10,888 nucleotides of DNA from Chthoniobacteraceae bacterium. GTDB taxonomy: Bacteria; Verrucomicrobiota; Verrucomicrobiia; Chthoniobacterales; Chthoniobacteraceae. The translations under genes and the position numbers were made by a program. Shown one piece after another: positions 7,922 through 10,888 of the stretch. Where the stretch lies: assembly GCA_040081625.1 (NCBI GenBank), contig JBEBGD010000147.1, positions 1 to 10,888 on the forward strand, in the 5' to 3' direction. Numbering within the stretch: position 1 is the first letter of the stretch; every line of letters starts with the position of its first letter. A model generated the notes under the pieces. That model was not told the DNA's origin. It saw only the letters and a program-made list of their open reading frames with translations, and made no database searches.

Positions 7922-9319
7922 CTACGCCGGTCGCCCGATCAAGTCATAGACTTGCGCGCCGGTGATCTCCACGTCGATGAACTCGCCCACCGGCGCCGGC
8001 CGCGAGAGCAGGATGCGCCCGTCGATGTCCGGCGCGTCGGCGTGGCCGCGCGCGGTGGTCGCATTCTCGACGACCGCCCGCACGACCTTCCCGATCTGCG
8101 CCTTGCTGATCTCCGCCGCGATCTTCTGCTGAAGCTTCATCGCCCGTTTGTAGCGCGCCTGCTTCACCTTCTGTGATAGCTGCCCCTCCATCTTCGCCGC
8201 GCGCGAGCCTTCCTCCTGCGAGTAGGTGAAGACGCCGAGCCGCTCGAACCGCGTGCTCTCGATGAACTCCAGCAGCGCCTCGAACTCCTCGTCCGTCTCG
8301 CCGGGAAAGCCCACGATGAACGTCGTCCGGATCGCTATCCCCGGTATCCCCGCGCGGATGCGTGCGATCAGATCCACGATGTGCTCGCTCGAAGTCTCCC
8401 GCCGCATCACCTCCAGCATCCGCGGATGGATATGCTGAAGCGGCATGTCGATATACCGGCACACCTTGTCGCAAGCCGCGATCGCCGCGATCAGCTCATC
8501 GCTCCAATGCGCCGGATGCGTGTAGAGCAGACGAATCCAAAACTCCCCCTCGATCTTCTGAAGCTCATGCAGCAAGTGAACCAGCGTCACCCCGCGCGCC
8601 GGGTCCACCTTCTGCCGCGGCCCCGCCTTCTCCTCCCACAGATCCATCCCGTAGTAAGTCGTATCCTGCGAGATCAAGTTGATCTCCTTCACCCCGTCGC
8701 GCACCAGCCCGCGCACCTCCGCCACCACGCTCTCGATCGTCCGCGAGCGATGCCGCCCGCGCATCTGCGGGATCACGCAAAACGAACACGGATGATTGCA
8801 CCCCTCCGCGATCTTCGTGAACGCCGTATGCGAAGGCGTGAGCCGCACGCGCGGCGTATCCCAGTCCGGGATGTAAGTCGGCTTGCGCGACACGAGATTG
8901 AGCGGCGCGCAATCTTCCGCCATCACCTGCTCGATGATCGACGCCGCCTCCGCCACCTGGTCGAGCCCGATGAACGCATCCACCTCGGGCATCTCGCTCA
9001 TCAGCTCCTTGGAAAAGCGCTGCGCCATGCACCCGCTCACGATCACCTTCTGCCCCTTGCGCCGCTTGAGCCCGCGCCCGCGATGCGCCTCGAGGATCGC
9101 CTCGATCGACTCCTCCTTCGCCGAGTCGATGAACGCGCAAGTATTCACGATCAGCACATCCGCCTCATCCGCATCGCTCGTGATCTCCATCCCATTCGCC
9201 ACCGCGCCGCCGAGCATGATCTCCGCATCCACCAGATTCTTCGCGCAGCCGAGCGAGATCATGCCGACCTTGGTGGGGCGGTTGGGCGAGGCTATGGATT
9301 GAGAAGTGGACGCAGCCAT
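7922..9319 (-). CDS. rimO: Ribosomal protein uS12 methylthiotransferase RimO
   Basis: UPF0004 domain (ISLGCAKNLVDAE, NTCAFI..AKEES, SGC), radical SAM CxxxCxxC (GCNHPCSFCVIP), SQDTTYYG, WIRLLYTHP, YIDMPLQH, IRTTFIVGFPGET and a C-terminal TRAM domain (ADAPDIDG). Start placed at ATG 9319. Confidence 0.96.
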   Translation of the reverse strand: MAASTSQSIASPNRPTKVGMISLGCAKNLVDAEIMLGGAVANGMEITSDADEADVLIVNTCAFIDSAKEESIEAILEAHRGRGLKRRKGQKVIVSGCMAQRFSKELMSEMPEVDAFIGLDQVAEAASIIEQVMAEDCAPLNLVSRKPTYIPDWDTPRVRLTPSHTAFTKIAEGCNHPCSFCVIPQMRGRHRSRTIESVVAEVRGLVRDGVKEINLISQDTTYYGMDLWEEKAGPRQKVDPARGVTLVHLLHELQKIEGEFWIRLLYTHPAHWSDELIAAIAACDKVCRYIDMPLQHIHPRMLEVMRRETSSEHIVDLIARIRAGIPGIAIRTTFIVGFPGETDEEFEALLEFIESTRFERLGVFTYSQEEGSRAAKMEGQLSQKVKQARYKRAMKLQQKIAAEISKAQIGKVVRAVVENATTARGHADAPDIDGRILLSRPAPVGEFIDVEITGAQVYDLIGRPA

Positions 9320-9450
9320 CGAATGAGCCGCTGCCAGTAGGCCGGAATCCGCCCGGCGCAAGCAGCAGCAGTGTCGCGGCGGACATGGCTCACGCTGTCA
9401 TCAGCGTGAGCCACGGCCGGCCGCACTGGAAATCGTTGCAAAAAATGTTT

Positions 9451-9464
9451 GCCTCGCGCGAGGC
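9451..9464. promoter_or_regulatory. Perfect 14-bp palindrome in the divergent rimO / repeat-array intergenic region; candidate operator
   Basis: GCCTCGC|GCGAGGC, next to the AT-rich TTGCAAAAAATGTTT and overlapping a weak TTGCCT-N17-TATCCG sigma70-like match (9449-9477). Confidence 0.3.
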
Positions 9465-9498
9465 GACTTCATATCCGGGCGATCGTTCCTCGCTGATC

Positions 9499-9933
9499 AT
9501 GCACTCGGTTTCGCACAGCATTGAAGAAAAGTCGCCCGTCGCTCCCGGTGCGTCGGTGCGTCGGTGCGTCGATAACGCGAAGGGCGAAATCGAGCTTGAA
9601 AATCGGCGCTCGTTTTCAGCGCCGGTGCGACCCGCGGGAGGGGATGCTGCCGGAGCTTTCGCGGAGGCGGATGGGTTTGCGGAATCGGCTGACGGGTTCG
9701 TCGCGGAGGCTGACGGGTTTCGCGTCGCGGCTGACGGCTTTGCGCCAAAGGCTGCCGCTTTCGCGGCGGATGCTGACGGCTTCGCGCCGGACGCTGACGG
9801 GTTTGTGAAAACCGCTGCCGCTTTCGCCGCGGAAGCTGACGGGGTGGCGGCAAACGCTGACGGGTTTGCGGCAAAGCTGTCAGCTTTTTCGGCGGTTTTG
9901 GCGGCTTCTACCGTAAACAAGGGCTCCTTTTAA
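9499..9933 (+). CDS. Possible heptad-repeat (ADGFxxx)n protein encoded by the array; coding status uncertain
   Basis: The frame is open from 9385 to TAA 9933 (possible starts ATG 9385/9445/9499 or GTG 9625), and core variation is mainly at third codon positions. Other frames are also open across the array, and near-invariant GCT codons are atypical for this genome. Confidence 0.35.
   Translation: MHSVSHSIEEKSPVAPGASVRRCVDNAKGEIELENRRSFSAPVRPAGGDAAGAFAEADGFAESADGFVAEADGFRVAADGFAPKAAAFAADADGFAPDADGFVKTAAAFAAEADGVAANADGFAAKLSAFSAVLAASTVNKGSF
9546..9571 (+). repeat. 8-bp microsatellite (CGGTGCGT) x3.25
   Basis: Exact copies at 9546, 9554 and 9562, plus a trailing CG. Confidence 0.9.
9667..9876 (+). 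repeat. Tandem array of ten 21-bp units: core GCTGACGGSTTY (variant GCTGCCGCTTTC) plus variable 9 nt
   Basis: Units start at 9667, 9688, 9709, 9730, 9751, 9772, 9793, 9814, 9835 and 9856. Degenerate in-phase units lie at 9877 and 9898, with a partial unit at ~9649. Confidence 0.93.
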
Positions 9934-9975
9934 CCCGATCAGGAACAAACCAGAACCAACAACCACCCTAAACCG

Positions 9976-10701
9976 ATGGCCAAACCGCTGACTTGGAACA
10001 TGCCGGGGCTCCGCTGGAATCAGCCGGGCGCGACATGGAACGGCACGGTGGCCACACCCAGGAAAATGAGCAAAATCAAAGCAGTCATCGACTTCAGCGG
10101 CTATGCCGCTGCCGACCTTGCGCCGGTCGCGCAAATGATCCACGACAGCATGACCACGAACGCGGCCACCTTCGGCTCGCCGCCGGTGGCCATGACGGTG
10201 CTGGCGACCTCGATCGCCGATTTCGACACGAAGCTCGCCGCCAAGGCCAGCCGCGCGACGGTGGACGTGATCGCCTTCAACATGTCGCGGCATGACATGG
10301 AAGGCGAACTGGCCGAGCTGGGCAACTACGTGAACGGCGTGGCCAAGGGCGACGCGATGCTCGTGGAAAAGAGCGGCTTCCCCTCCTACGAAGCCGGGCA
10401 GAATGCGCCCGGTGGCGTGCCCGCCGCGCCGGAGAATCTGCGGCTGCGCCACGGCGACGTGAGCGGCGAAGTCGTCGCCCGTTACCGGCCCGACCGCGAG
10501 CGGAGCATGAACGAAGTGCAGAAGTGCTTCGGCGACCCGAACGTGGAAGCCAACTGGCAGCACGCCGGGATGTATGGCGGCGGCAAGGCGACCATCGGCG
10601 GCATCACCCCCGGCGCGCTCGTGTGGATTCGCGTCCGCACCTGCGGGAACAAAGGCGTGATGGGCGCATGGAGCGACCCGGCGCAAATCCGCGCGCTGTA
10701 G
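9976..10701 (+). CDS. Hypothetical protein: Trp-rich N-terminal extension, helical domain and C-terminal fibronectin type III-like domain
   Basis: A/C-rich unstructured leader (AGGAACAAACCAGAACCAACAACCACCCTAAACCG) before the ATG. Helical region ends ELGNYVNGVAKGDAMLVEKSGF. FN3 signature: PAAPENLRL...GEVVARY...W...TIGGITPGALVWIRVRTCG..G.GAWSDP. Second possible start at ATG 10066. No signal peptide. Confidence 0.85.
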   Translation: MAKPLTWNMPGLRWNQPGATWNGTVATPRKMSKIKAVIDFSGYAAADLAPVAQMIHDSMTTNAATFGSPPVAMTVLATSIADFDTKLAAKASRATVDVIAFNMSRHDMEGELAELGNYVNGVAKGDAMLVEKSGFPSYEAGQNAPGGVPAAPENLRLRHGDVSGEVVARYRPDRERSMNEVQKCFGDPNVEANWQHAGMYGGGKATIGGITPGALVWIRVRTCGNKGVMGAWSDPAQIRAL

Positions 10702-10717
10702 CCGCGCGGAGCGCGGC

Positions 10718-10752
10718 AAATCGTAACTCCAAAATCATCAATCGGAAATCCA
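10718..10752 (+). repeat. Five degenerate 7-bp units, consensus AAATCNN
   Basis: AAATCGT AACTCCA AAATCAT CAATCGG AAATCCA, filling the gap between the FN3 gene and the collagen-like gene. Confidence 0.7.
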
Positions 10753-10755
10753 CCC

Positions 10756-10888
10756 GTGCCCTTCGACCCAAACCTCCCCGCCGCGCATGCCGACCTCGAT
10801 GCCGCCGTCGTGCGCGATCAACTCAACGCGCTGCGCGCCGAGATCGTGCCCGGCCCGCCGGGGCCGCAGGGCGACCCCGGACCCCAGG
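10756..10888 (+). CDS. Collagen-like (Gly-X-Y) protein, N-terminal part only (runs off window; not in ORF track)
   Basis: Manual translation from GTG 10756: MPFDPNLPAAHADLDAAVVRDQLNALRAEIVP-GPP-GPQ-GDP-GPQ-... This is a short helical N-domain followed by perfect Gly-X-Y triplets, preceded by an A/C-rich leader. Confidence 0.8.
   Translation, partial: MPFDPNLPAAHADLDAAVVRDQLNALRAEIVPGPPGPQGDPGPQ

Noticed and set aside
7904..7925. Bidirectional terminator between the convergent hypothetical gene and rimO
   Set aside because: Only a short imperfect stem (GTAGCGCG/CGCGCCTAC) with no U-tract on either strand.
9426..9440. Sigma54 promoter (TGG...TTGCA)
   Set aside because: The GG and GC dinucleotides are offset by 10 nt rather than the required 12.
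9667..9876. CRISPR array interpretation of the repeat/variable pattern
   Set aside because: A 12-nt repeat and 9-nt spacers are far below CRISPR sizes, the cores are degenerate, the spacers resemble each other, and there are no cas genes in the window.
9390..9920. Antisense (NPSA/KPSA)n ORF as a real gene
   Set aside because: It is open merely because the repeat lacks stops on that strand. The GGG/GGC variation is non-synonymous (N/K) in this frame and it opposes the downstream genes, though it is not fully excluded.

Overview
GC-rich bacterial DNA, probably Verrucomicrobiota (Chthoniobacterales-like). That assignment is inferred from gene content and the A/C-rich leaders without Shine-Dalgarno sites. 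The window opens with a 30-nt poly-C artefact that truncates a minus-strand hypothetical gene. Next come a secreted 7-repeat WD40 protein, a probable truncated serine-hydrolase remnant, an ECF sigma factor paired with a Ser/Thr kinase (kinase-TM-LRR), and a two-domain glycosyltransferase on the minus strand. These are followed by a small Ig-like (DUF4469/IPT-like) ORF, a DUF1080 hydrolase, a conserved secreted hypothetical and rimO (minus strand). The most unusual part is the right end (~9440-10888). It has a leader with a palindrome and an 8-bp microsatellite, then an array of ~10 21-bp units (12-nt conserved core plus unique 9-nt variable part). After that come a helical+FN3 protein gene with a Trp-Asn heptad N-terminus, a 5x7-bp AAATCNN spacer and the start of a collagen-like gene. 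No database searches were run; family calls come from motif recognition.
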